Source: Dehalococcoidia bacterium (GTDB lineage: Bacteria > Chloroflexota > Dehalococcoidia > Bin125). Taken from it: a stretch of 64,000 nt of DNA. Below are positions 50,366 to 59,295 of this stretch, in pieces. The notes under the pieces are model-generated. The model made no database searches, was not told the origin of the DNA, and worked only from the letters and a program-made list of their open reading frames with translations. Each line of letters starts with the position of its first letter. Within the stretch, counting starts at the first letter, position 1. Where the stretch lies: assembly GCA_963422755.1 (NCBI GenBank), contig OY730488.1; one strand, 5' to 3'. Position numbers and translations under genes: made by a program.

Positions 50366-51646
50366 GTGATGAGCGACAGCGATACCTCTGGCATCTTCTC
50401 GGGAGTCCGCGTCCTGGAATTTGGGCTCTTTGTGGCCGGGCCATACGCAGGCGAGCTGCTCGCGCACGGCGGCGCTGATATCATCAAGGTCGAGCCGGTC
50501 ACCGGCGACGCCACGCGCTTCAACAGCACGATCGTCCCCGGCGAAGGACGTCACTACATCATCAAAGCGCGCGGCAAACGCGGTGCACCCATCAATCTGG
50601 GGCATCCCGACGGTCTGGCGCTCGCCCGACGGCTCGCGCTGCGCAGCGACGTGGTGATCTCCAACATGCGACCCGGAAACCTGGAACGTCTGGGGCTGGA
50701 CTACGACACCCTCAGCGCAGAGAACGAACGGATTATCGTGGCCGAGATTTCGGCGCTGGGCGAGCACGGCCCGCAGGGAATGCATCTGGGTGCGGATCCG
50801 CAGGCCGCGGCGGCATCGGGACTGGCGCTGTCCACTTCCGACTTCAGCGGCGACGAGCCGCGCATGGTTGACGGATATCTATGCGATTTCATGGCCGGCA
50901 TGACGCTCGCTTTCGGGATCGCCAGCGCGTTGTACCGACGTGAACAGAGCGGCACAGGCCAGCGCGTCTACACGACGCTCTATCAGGCCGGCCTGTCGTT
51001 GCAACATGCGACCGCCAACCTGATCGACGCAGTCGACGGCTGGAAGCGCGACTTCGCCACACAGATGCAGTCGAAACCGCTCCGCCCGCGTGACGCCCAG
51101 CGCTATCGCCGCGAGCAGGTTGCGCTCCTCGCGGCTGGACTCTACGAAACCCGCGACGGCCGCTGGATCACGCTGGGCGCGTCGCCGGCGTCGTTCCGAC
51201 GCCTGCTCGACACGCTGGAGATCGCTGACCCCAGCGCACACGACCCGGCCTGGCGCATGCCCGATGACCCACGTGAACATTTCAGCTCGCTGCGTGAGCG
51301 GATTCGCGCGATCGTGAGCGATTGGGACGGCGAGGCGCTACGCGATCGGATGCAGTCGGTCGGCGTCCCGTGCGCGCTGATGAGCTCGCTCGAAGAAGCG
51401 CTGCTGAGCGAACATGCGCGGGCGAACGATTTCGTCCACCGCTTCGACCACCGCGTCGTCGGACCGACCATGCTGCCACAGGCGCCGCTCACGTTCAGCC
51501 GCGACCACTACCGCGCCGCCGAATCGACGCCCGCGTTCGGCGAACACTTGCGAGACGTGCTCGCCGAACTGGGTCTCGATGACACTGATATCGACGAGCT
51601 GATCCGTCGCGGGGCGGTCGCCGAGACGTTGCCCAAGCCAAGCTGA
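50366..51646 (+). CDS. family III CoA-transferase (CaiB/BaiF-like)
   Basis: GVRVLEFGLFVAGPYAGELLAHGGADIIKVEP is the canonical CoA-transferase III N-terminal fingerprint; 426 aa. Confidence 0.85.
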   Translation: MMSDSDTSGIFSGVRVLEFGLFVAGPYAGELLAHGGADIIKVEPVTGDATRFNSTIVPGEGRHYIIKARGKRGAPINLGHPDGLALARRLALRSDVVISNMRPGNLERLGLDYDTLSAENERIIVAEISALGEHGPQGMHLGADPQAAAASGLALSTSDFSGDEPRMVDGYLCDFMAGMTLAFGIASALYRREQSGTGQRVYTTLYQAGLSLQHATANLIDAVDGWKRDFATQMQSKPLRPRDAQRYRREQVALLAAGLYETRDGRWITLGASPASFRRLLDTLEIADPSAHDPAWRMPDDPREHFSSLRERIRAIVSDWDGEALRDRMQSVGVPCALMSSLEEALLSEHARANDFVHRFDHRVVGPTMLPQAPLTFSRDHYRAAESTPAFGEHLRDVLAELGLDDTDIDELIRRGAVAETLPKPS

Positions 51647-51730
51647 CTGCACGTCGGTCCAGACGCCGCGAGCGTGCCCGCGTGGATAATCCGCCGCCCG
51701 GCGAGTCCGTAGACCCGCCGGGCCATGGCG

Positions 51731-52803
51731 TCACTCCGCCTGACTCCGCTGGTGACGATACAGCGCCCGCGCATCCAGGATGTGCTGGGGACACTGCTCC
51801 TGCTCCACCTGTTGCGCCACCGGTCGCGTGCGAGGCTCCGCCACGGTATACGTTTCCTCGCGGACCCGAGTTTCTTTCTCCACGTACGGTTCGACTCGAT
51901 ATTTCGTCACCGACACGGTGTATTCTTCCTCACGGTAGCGAGTCTCGGTTTCCTTGTACTCCTCAGTGCGGTACCGCGTCACCGTTGTGGTGTAGGGAAT
52001 TCGGCGCGTTCGCTCTTCTGGCGCGGTGTACGACACTTCCCGGTAGCGAGTCTCCATCGCGATGTACGACTCAGTGACCTGACGCTGCACCTGAACCGGT
52101 ACCTTGCGCACACGGTCCGCCGCAACCCGGCGGTACTCCGTCACCATCACCGTATAGGGAACCCGAACCGTATAGCTCTGCCGATACGGACCGGCGATGC
52201 CGGAGACCCAGCGATACCTTGTCTCGGTACGGTAGCGAGTCCGGGAGACCTGCACAGGGACGCTCACCCACGTGCGGTAGCCCTCATCACGATACACCGT
52301 TTCCGTGACGGTACGCGTGCGATACCGAGTGACCGGTACCTGGTACGGCTCACGGCGCGTTCGCGGTACTTGAACCGTATACTTCTCGTCGCGATAAAAG
52401 GTGACCGTGTCTTGATACGGCACCTCGCGGGTGCGCGGGACTTGCACAGTGTACGGTACCCGGCGCGTTCGCGGTTCCTGTTCGGTGTACGGAATCTTCC
52501 GAGTCTTCACGACATCGACCGTGTACTCGACATCCCGAGTCTTCTCGACGGTCTCGAAGTATTCCTCTTTCACGACCTGAGATACCAGTTTGGTGGGGCA
52601 AGTCGGACCGCAGACGTTCAGCGTATGACGGAGCGTCTTGGTCGTATCGCGCTTGCGCCACTTCTCTGCGTCAGTGTCCCACTTGTAGCGCGGTTCCTTG
52701 TAGTCAAAGGTGACTTCGATTGTTCGACAATTACTTGGATAAGCAAGTTCAAGAGCCAGCCGCTGAGCAGCAGCCACATCCGCGTTAGAGTGGACGATTG
52801 CCG
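51731..52803 (-). CDS. tandem-repeat protein of about 20 imperfect 12-residue Tyr/Thr/Val/Arg/Glu-rich repeats; downstream portion of a gene whose frame is split by a poly-C tract
   Basis: It translates as ...YTVQVPRTREVPYQDTVTFYRDEKYTVQVPRTRREPYQVPVTRYRTRT...YTVSVTKYRVEPYVEKETRVREETYTVAEPRTRP... GC3 on the minus strand is about 80% in the sampled stretch, which supports coding. The in-frame upstream part of the track ORF (to 53026) looks like non-coding read-through. Confidence 0.5.
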
Positions 52804-52832
52804 CCCCCCCCCCCCCCCCCCCCCCCCCCTTC
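52804..52832. repeat. homopolymeric tract of 29 consecutive C (poly-G on the coding strand; encodes a Gly run)
   Basis: Read directly from the sequence. It lies at the junction of two minus-strand ORFs that are in frames differing by 1. Confidence 0.95.
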
Positions 52833-53282
52833 GGACAAACGTTCGCTTGTGTACTCCTCGTACACTGCGACGATATCGGCCAAATTGCGCTCCGCCTTGT
52901 CCTGCGCCTCAGCTCGTTCCGCCGCGTGCGCCGCCGGGCCCGCTTCATAGTCGCGGTGAGCAACAATATGTTTGGCCATCGGACCGCACGTGTCAAGGAT
53001 TGCAGCGGATGGATAGCCTGACGCATCAGGACCAGACAGCTTCGAAACGCACCAGCTGCTAAGCTTATGAGGGCCGTGCCCTCCAGGATGGATCACTGGT
53101 GGAACCGGAGGTGTGACTAAATGATTAATTGCGCTCCAGATTGCGTCCACACCACCTACTTCGTGGATTATGACACCGCATGCGCTGCCAATGACGATGA
53201 CTATCGCACCCCCTGTGGCCCAGTGGTTGGCAACGCTACCGGGAGCGCTGTGGCAAGCCCTTTCGTAAGGAGTATACCGCAT
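52833..53282 (-). CDS. upstream (N-terminal) portion of the repeat-protein gene in a different frame; likely start at 52979 (MAKHIVAHRDYEAGPAAHAAERAEAQDKAERNLADIVAVYEEYTSERLSE-Gn)
   Basis: ORF 52785-53282 ends in GGGGGGGGGGGNRPL just past the tract. A 1-nt shorter tract would fuse it with 51731-52803. Whether the start is at 53282 or 52979 is uncertain. Confidence 0.35.
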
Positions 53283-53800
53283 GCCGCACTGACTGCTCCA
53301 CCTGAGAGGGATTTTAGGCGTCCCTCCAGCTCTGCTATTGTCTCTGGACTATACGAAGGATTAGGCACAGTGTCCGTTGCCTGGTTCTCAGCGCTCGGTG
53401 GGTGTGCTGATACGGAATTCGCAACTATAGCCAAAGGGGCAGTGATGAGCAGCGGCAAGATCGCCACACGGAGTAAGTGTCGAGATGCTGTCTGAAGCTT
53501 CGTCACTAGCTTTGTCAGTACCCAATTCATTGTCGGCCAGACAAATGCTATATTCAGCATACACGCGAGAGCCCAACCCAACCCCGGGTACAGCCCATGG
53601 TCGGCAGTGACGTCGGCACCGACGCTGATCATCCCACCGAGCGGAGCCCAGTTGAGGACAAACCCGACCCACTGAGTCTTCGTGTTGGTCCTCGTATATG
53701 TCAAAATCCAGTTGGACCAGGCGTCGATAGCCGCCCAGATACCGCCCAACAGGGCCACCACCCCCTTTCCGAGTCCGCCCAACGCGGTCATGACAAGCAT
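53201..53800 (-). CDS. hypothetical small membrane protein in the lower-GC island
   Basis: GGAG RBS then the ATG at 53800. The protein is MLVMTALGGLGKGVVALLGGIWAAIDAW... with about four predicted TM helices, and the local GC is about 52-55%. The ORF's 3' end overlaps the previous feature. Confidence 0.45.
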   Translation of the reverse strand: MLVMTALGGLGKGVVALLGGIWAAIDAWSNWILTYTRTNTKTQWVGFVLNWAPLGGMISVGADVTADHGLYPGLGWALACMLNIAFVWPTMNWVLTKLVTKLQTASRHLLRVAILPLLITAPLAIVANSVSAHPPSAENQATDTVPNPSYSPETIAELEGRLKSLSGGAVSAACGILLTKGLATALPVALPTTGPQGVR

Positions 53801-54013
53801 CTCCAACTCCTCTCTCAGCCAGCAACGCACCAGCTTGCCGCAGAGACTAGCTGATGGCTGCTCTGCGCTGGCGCTGCAAAGAGCTGATGGATTGCGACGC
53901 GGCGAAAGCAGTGATCGAGCGCGCGGTCGCCGCAAATGATTTGGCTACGGTGCGGCGTCTCAGCTCAGCGCTTATGCGCAGTGCAAGTCATCCCATCAAT
54001 CATCCCGGTCCCC

Positions 54014-54655
54014 TCAATCTGCCCGCCGCTCGCCGAAGCGATCCCAGTGCAGGATTTCGTTCAACGGTCGGCGGCGGATCGGCCCGAAGTTGCCGGTCGG
54101 CCAGCCGAGTGGAATCAAGACCATCGGCAGGATGTGGTCGGGCAGGTTGAGCGCCTCGCGCGCCCGGTCGCGGTTGTCGCCGGAGAAGGCGAGCGTGGTC
54201 GGCACGCTGCCGACGCTGAGCGCCCGCGCGGCCAACAATAGATTCTGGACCGCTCCCCACACTTCCGTCGCGGCCTGCGCGCCCTCGTTGAACGTGCCGC
54301 GCGGCGCGCGGCCCAGGTCGGCGCAGGCGATCACGATGGCGGGCGCTTCGTGTAGGTGGTGCATCTGGTGCTCGACGGCGGCCAGGAACCGCTCGCGACG
54401 GCCCGGATCGACGTGTGGGTTGGCGGCCTCGCGGTTGTGCTCAAGATAGGCCGAGACGCCGATGCGGTTCAGCTCGGCGAGCTGCTGCTTCACCGCCGGG
54501 TCGCGCACGACGACCCAGTGGCGAGCCTGGCGGTTGGAACCGCTGGGCCCGAGATGCGCCGCCTCGATCAACTGCATCAGCGTCTCTGACGGAATCGGCT
54601 CGTCCGAGTAGCGCCGCATTGCGCGGGCCGTCTGGACCACATCAAAGAACTCCAT
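54014..54655 (-). CDS. nitroreductase-family protein
   Basis: MEFFDVVQTARAMRRYSDEPIPSETLMQLIEAAHLGPSGSNRQARHWVVV is the nitroreductase fold signature. Confidence 0.75.
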   Translation of the reverse strand: MEFFDVVQTARAMRRYSDEPIPSETLMQLIEAAHLGPSGSNRQARHWVVVRDPAVKQQLAELNRIGVSAYLEHNREAANPHVDPGRRERFLAAVEHQMHHLHEAPAIVIACADLGRAPRGTFNEGAQAATEVWGAVQNLLLAARALSVGSVPTTLAFSGDNRDRAREALNLPDHILPMVLIPLGWPTGNFGPIRRRPLNEILHWDRFGERRAD

Positions 54656-54683
54656 CGGCTCACTCGCTCTCCACTGGCGCTCT

Positions 54684-55103
54684 CTACTGGTAGGCAATCA
54701 GTTCGACGAGATTCCCATCGGGGTCACGGCAGTAGACGCTGAGGCCCTCGGCGGTGCCGCGCGCGCGGCCGCCAACGCGGACGGCTGGACCCTCAATCAC
54801 CTCTGCGCCGGCCGCGCGGATCGCCTCAGCAGCCGTCTCCGGCGTCCCCGCCCAGACGAAGCAGAAGTCGCCGCAGCCGGGCTCAGCTGTGGGCCCGCGG
54901 AGGTCAAACGCGGGATCCTGCCAGAGCGTCGGGTCGTGGACATTGATCTTCTGGTCGCCGCAGGCGATGGCGAACATGGGCCAAGCGCCCGACCGCCACT
55001 CGTCCTCGTGGACGATCTCAAACCCTAACGCGCGGTAGAAGCTCATCAACGCCTGTGGATCGCCGGCGGGAATGGCGACGTGGTCCATGCCAGTGACGGT
55101 CAT
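54684..55103 (-). CDS. VOC-family (glyoxalase / bleomycin-resistance / dioxygenase) protein
   Basis: MTVTGMDHVAIPAGDPQALMSFYRALGFEI... with paired beta-alpha-beta-beta-beta modules; 139 aa. Confidence 0.75.
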   Translation of the reverse strand: MTVTGMDHVAIPAGDPQALMSFYRALGFEIVHEDEWRSGAWPMFAIACGDQKINVHDPTLWQDPAFDLRGPTAEPGCGDFCFVWAGTPETAAEAIRAAGAEVIEGPAVRVGGRARGTAEGLSVYCRDPDGNLVELIAYQ

Positions 55104-55213
55104 CTGATGCCTCCTGTCAGGGGCATGCTAGCTACCTGGAGTCGGCGCGCGCGGGGGCAACGCAGACTGGTATCTTCGAGCGACCAACAAGAACATGAAT
55201 CGAGGCTGCAGTC

Positions 55214-56104
55214 ATGCCTGAGATTTCCACCGACGATCCCTTTCCGCGCCAACGGCTGACGATTGGCGAAACCACGATGGCGTACGTGGATCAGGGCGAT
55301 CCAGACGGCGATCCGATCGTGTTTCTGCACGGCAATCCCACGTCGTCGTATCTGTGGCGCAACATCATGCCGCATCTGTTCGAATCTGCGCGCTGCCTGG
55401 CGCCCGACCTGATCGGGATGGGCGTGTCGGGCTCGTCGCCGTCGGGGTCGTACCGCTTCGTCGACCACGCTGGCTGGCTCGACGCGTGGCTGGAGGGGAT
55501 GAACCTCGGCGACCGGATTAGCTTCGTGATTCACGATTGGGGTTCCGCCTTGGGCTTTCACTGGGCGAACCGTCACCGCGACCGCGTCAAGGGACTCGTC
55601 TACATGGAAGCGATTGTGCGGCCGGTGACATGGGACGAGTGGCCAGAGGCGGCCGCCCGCATCTTCCAAGGCATGCGCTCGGAGGCGGGCGAGGAGATGG
55701 TGCTGGAGAAAAACGTCTTCGTCGAGCGCATCTTGCCGGGCAGCGTACTGCGCGGATTGTCCGAGGCGGAAATGGAGGTCTACCGACTGCCCTACCGCGA
55801 AGCCGGCGAGTCGCGTCGCCCGACCCTCACCTGGCCGCGCGAGATCCCCATCTCCGGCGAGCCCGCTGATGTCGTCGAAATCGTCCAGGCCTACGCTGAC
55901 TTCCTGTCCTCAGACGAGTCGGAACACATTGCCAAGCTATTCATCAATGCCCAGCCCGGCGCGATTCTGACCGGTGCGCAGCGAGAGTTTTGCCGTAGCT
56001 GGCCCAACCAAACCGAGGTCACCGTACCGGGCAACCACTTCGTGCAGGAAGACTCGCCACACGAGATCGGCGCAGCGATCCGTGAGTGGTACGCGGGAAT
56101 CTGA
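55214..56104 (+). CDS. haloalkane dehalogenase (HLD-II, alpha/beta hydrolase)
   Basis: [21 protein letters not shown] is the hallmark HLD motif. It also has the nucleophile elbow HDWGSALG and a C-terminal His. Confidence 0.8.
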   Translation: MPEISTDDPFPRQRLTIGETTMAYVDQGDPDGDPIVFLHGNPTSSYLWRNIMPHLFESARCLAPDLIGMGVSGSSPSGSYRFVDHAGWLDAWLEGMNLGDRISFVIHDWGSALGFHWANRHRDRVKGLVYMEAIVRPVTWDEWPEAAARIFQGMRSEAGEEMVLEKNVFVERILPGSVLRGLSEAEMEVYRLPYREAGESRRPTLTWPREIPISGEPADVVEIVQAYADFLSSDESEHIAKLFINAQPGAILTGAQREFCRSWPNQTEVTVPGNHFVQEDSPHEIGAAIREWYAGI

Positions 56105-56128
56105 AGCAACGATCAAGGATGAGATCAG

Positions 56129-56608
56129 ATGCCAGACATCACCAACGCCGAGCAAGCGCGGGCTTCGTTTGAGTCAGCGCGCGAAGAGTTCCGACAGCTC
56201 ATCCTGGGGCTATCGAGCGAGGAGTGGAACCGAAAGAGCGACAACAGAGGCTGGACCAATAGCCAGCTCTGCTGGCACCTCGCCTTTGGCGCGGGCATCG
56301 GTACCCGCAGCACGGTGAACAGACTGCGGAAAAACCAGAACATGAGTCCGCCGGCACCGCTGATGGCCGTGCTCAACCTCGTCAGCCTCTGGATGGTGCG
56401 CATCCGCGCGCGCGGGGCGACGCCCGAATCGGTCTGCGCATTCTTCGACGAGGGATACGCAAAGACTTTGGACATGATTGATACAGTCGGCGACGACGAA
56501 TGGGGAACCAGCGCTGAGTTCCTTGGTCAGCCGATGACGGTCGGCGGAGCGTTTGGGCTCCTCGCTCAGCACATCGCCGAGCACGGTGCCGAAATGCGGC
56601 GCAGCTAG
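56129..56608 (+). CDS. DinB/YfiT-like (DinB_2) four-helix-bundle protein
   Basis: 159 aa with a His-containing helix (LCWHLAFG...) and a C-terminal QHIAEHGAEM. Confidence 0.6.
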   Translation: MPDITNAEQARASFESAREEFRQLILGLSSEEWNRKSDNRGWTNSQLCWHLAFGAGIGTRSTVNRLRKNQNMSPPAPLMAVLNLVSLWMVRIRARGATPESVCAFFDEGYAKTLDMIDTVGDDEWGTSAEFLGQPMTVGGAFGLLAQHIAEHGAEMRRS

Positions 56609-56623
56609 CGCTCACTTCACCAG

Positions 56624-57052
56624 ATGGCGCTTTCGACGGAAGATATCTTCGAGCGCTATCCGCCACTGAGCGAGATGCAGGCGGTCGCGCTCTTCCAGGA
56701 GCTGGGCTACCGCTTCACCGACGCCGGTGACGGCTGGTGCGAGATCACGCTCAACGCCTCCGCCAAGACGCACAACCTCTACGGCATCGTGCACGGCGGC
56801 GTCTGGCTATTGGTCGCCGATTCCGCCATGGGCGGCGCTTTGGGCACCATCCAGGCTGAGGGCGAGCGCGTGATCACCGCGCAGTCGGAGTTCCGCTGGC
56901 TGCGTGGACTCGACGGAGACGTGATCCGAGCGCGGGCGGAGGTGATCCGACGCGGTCGCAGCCTGAGTCACTGCTCAGTCGACCTGTATGACAGCCTGGG
57001 TCGGCATATCGGTCACGGCAACGGGACCTACGTGATCCTGCCGCCAGCGTGA
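56624..57052 (+). CDS. PaaI-family hotdog thioesterase
   Basis: HNLYGIVHGGVWLLVADSAMGGAL, the typical PaaI/4HBT catalytic region. Confidence 0.7.
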   Translation: MALSTEDIFERYPPLSEMQAVALFQELGYRFTDAGDGWCEITLNASAKTHNLYGIVHGGVWLLVADSAMGGALGTIQAEGERVITAQSEFRWLRGLDGDVIRARAEVIRRGRSLSHCSVDLYDSLGRHIGHGNGTYVILPPA

Positions 57053-57122
57053 TCCAGCTACCCTGCGCGTGATATGCGCGCGTGATATGTGACCGGCGCA
57101 GTGATCTGAGAGGCGGCGACGC

Positions 57123-57872
57123 ATGGCTGGACGACTGGACGGCAAGGTTGCGCTGATTACCGGCGGTGCGCGCGGACAGGGCGCCGCCGAGGCGCAGCTG
57201 TTCGCTGACGAAGGCGCGACGGTGGTGATCACCGACGTGCTCGACTCGGACGGCGAAACCACCGCAGCGACCAGCGATGCGATCCGCTACCGGCACCATG
57301 ATGTGACCAACGAGGACGATTGGGTTGCAGCGGTGCAGGATGTGCTCGAGGACTACGGCAGGATTGACGCATTCATCAACAACGCCGGCATCTTCCGCAC
57401 CCGACCGATCGGGGAGCTGTCGGTCGAGGAGTACATGGAGGTCATTCAGATCAACCAGGTCGGCGTCTTTCTTGGCCTGAAGCACGTGGGACCGATCATG
57501 TGCGCGGCGGGTGCTGGATCGATCATCAACATCTCCTCGATCGCCGGGATGCGCGGCGGGGCCGGCTCGTTGGCGTATTCAGCCTCCAAATGGGCTGTAC
57601 GGGGGATGACCAAGGTCGCCATGAGCGAGTTCGCGCCGGCCGGCGTGCGGGTCAACTCGATTCACCCAGGACTGATCGAGACGCCAATGTTGCATCAGCT
57701 CCCGGCGATCGAGCAGGGGCTATCCGAGCAAGTCGTGCGTCGTATTCCGTACGGTCGGATCGCCGAGGCGGTGGAAGTCGCGCGACTCGCGCTATTTCTG
57801 GCGTCCGACGATTCCGAGTACATGAACGGCACCGAGCTGATCATCGACGGCGGCATGATCCAGGGCATCTGA
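57123..57872 (+). CDS. SDR-family oxidoreductase
   Basis: Contains TGGARGQG, NNAG, and the catalytic YSASK (YxxxK). Confidence 0.85.
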   Translation: MAGRLDGKVALITGGARGQGAAEAQLFADEGATVVITDVLDSDGETTAATSDAIRYRHHDVTNEDDWVAAVQDVLEDYGRIDAFINNAGIFRTRPIGELSVEEYMEVIQINQVGVFLGLKHVGPIMCAAGAGSIINISSIAGMRGGAGSLAYSASKWAVRGMTKVAMSEFAPAGVRVNSIHPGLIETPMLHQLPAIEQGLSEQVVRRIPYGRIAEAVEVARLALFLASDDSEYMNGTELIIDGGMIQGI

Positions 57873-57903
57873 GGTGCCCACCTGCAGAGCGGAAGGTCGC
57901 GGC

Positions 57904-59247
57904 ATGCTCGCGCCGCCAGTGCAGTATGCGCAAACAGAGGATGGTCTGGCGATCGCCTGGACGGAGCGCGGCGACGGACCACCCCTGATCGCCTCCACGG
58001 GACCGATGATCCCGTTAGATCACGGCTGGAACGAGGGTGGTCTGTGGGCGCGCCTGTCCGATTCGTTTCGCGTGGTGCGCTTCGACCCGCGCGGCTGTGG
58101 TCTCTCGACCCGACGCAATGCCTTTGGCTCGTTTTACGACGAAGCGAAAGACCTGCGCGCCGTGGTGTCGGCCGTAGGTGCCCCGCAAGTGTCTGTCTTG
58201 GGCTACTACCTCGGCGCGCCCACAGCCGCGATTGCGTGCATCGAGGAGCCCGAGCGCTTCTCACACCTCATCCTTCACAACCCAATTCCGCTGAGCACTG
58301 AAGAGGCGCTGTACACCGACCATGTCCCTGAGGAACTGGGCGACGAGGTGATCAGCGGATTGCTGCAGATGGGCTGGCAGTTCGACGTAGAACCGGCGCG
58401 TCGCGCCCTGCTGATGTTGCTAGCGCCGGAGACTGAAATGGAGACCCTGCGGCGGCTCTCCCAAACGATGGCGCACTATCCCAGCGTCGAACGGCTGCTG
58501 CAGATCATCCCCGAGATTCGCGCACTGAACCTGGTATCCGACCTGGGCGGACTGACCGCGCGGACACTGATCTCCGTCATGCCCAGCGACGCGCAACATG
58601 GACACGGCCGTACTTGGGCGCAGGCGATTCGCGGCGCTCGGCTTTCGATCGTGTCTGAAGAAGGCTGGATCCTCGAGGACGGCAATCCGCTGATTGAAGA
58701 GCTGGCGCGCTCGATCGAAGACTTCGTGCGGGTCTCCGCACGACCGCCTGCCCTAGTATCCGCAACGCGGACCGTGCTCTTCACCGATATCGAAGGCTCC
58801 ACTGACCTCGTCCAGAGACTCGGCGACGTCAGCTCGCGGCAGATCACACGCGCGGTCGAGGATCTCACGCGCCACAGCCTCCGCTTCCACGGCGGCAACG
58901 AGGTGAAGTCGATGGGCGACGGTGTGATGGCCTGGTTCACCATGGCTTCGGCGGCACTCGACGCCGCGGTCGATCTGCAGCAGTCGCTCGAACGCCGGGA
59001 CGACCTACCCGTTCGCCTTCGGATCGGACTGAGCGCCGGTGAGCCGATCTCCGAAGGTGACGATCTGTTCGGCTCGACGGTGAACCAGACTGCGCGCATC
59101 ATGGGACTGGCACGGGGCGGGCAGATTTTCGTCTCCGACATCGTCCGTGGATTGGTGCAGGGCCGTGACTACCGCTTCCATGACTTGGGAGAGCGGCAAC
59201 TGCGCGGCTTCGAGGAGGCAGCCAAGCTCTATCAACTCGAGTGGTAA
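57904..59247 (+). CDS. alpha/beta-hydrolase domain fused to a class III adenylyl/guanylyl cyclase domain
   Basis: The N-terminal half has a hydrolase fold (WTERGDGPPLIAST...). The C-terminal half reads RTVLFTDIEGSTDLVQRLGD...FHGGNEVKSMGDGVMAWF..., the CHD cyclase motifs. This hydrolase-cyclase domain order is known from mycobacterial Rv1900c/LipJ-type proteins. GGAAGG RBS lies before the ATG at 57904. Confidence 0.75.
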   Translation: MLAPPVQYAQTEDGLAIAWTERGDGPPLIASTGPMIPLDHGWNEGGLWARLSDSFRVVRFDPRGCGLSTRRNAFGSFYDEAKDLRAVVSAVGAPQVSVLGYYLGAPTAAIACIEEPERFSHLILHNPIPLSTEEALYTDHVPEELGDEVISGLLQMGWQFDVEPARRALLMLLAPETEMETLRRLSQTMAHYPSVERLLQIIPEIRALNLVSDLGGLTARTLISVMPSDAQHGHGRTWAQAIRGARLSIVSEEGWILEDGNPLIEELARSIEDFVRVSARPPALVSATRTVLFTDIEGSTDLVQRLGDVSSRQITRAVEDLTRHSLRFHGGNEVKSMGDGVMAWFTMASAALDAAVDLQQSLERRDDLPVRLRIGLSAGEPISEGDDLFGSTVNQTARIMGLARGGQIFVSDIVRGLVQGRDYRFHDLGERQLRGFEEAAKLYQLEW

Positions 59248-59295
59248 GTATGCGAACCATCATCACCAGTATGAGGCACATGAAGGAGGCCCCGC

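Noticed and set aside
51725-53062. 445-aa plus-strand ORF opposite the repeat protein
   Set aside because: It is open only because the repeat DNA lacks stops on both strands. The product is Arg/Leu/His-rich (RHRSRARLRHGIRF...), and codon third-position bias favours the minus strand. Either strand could in principle be coding, and only expression data would settle it.
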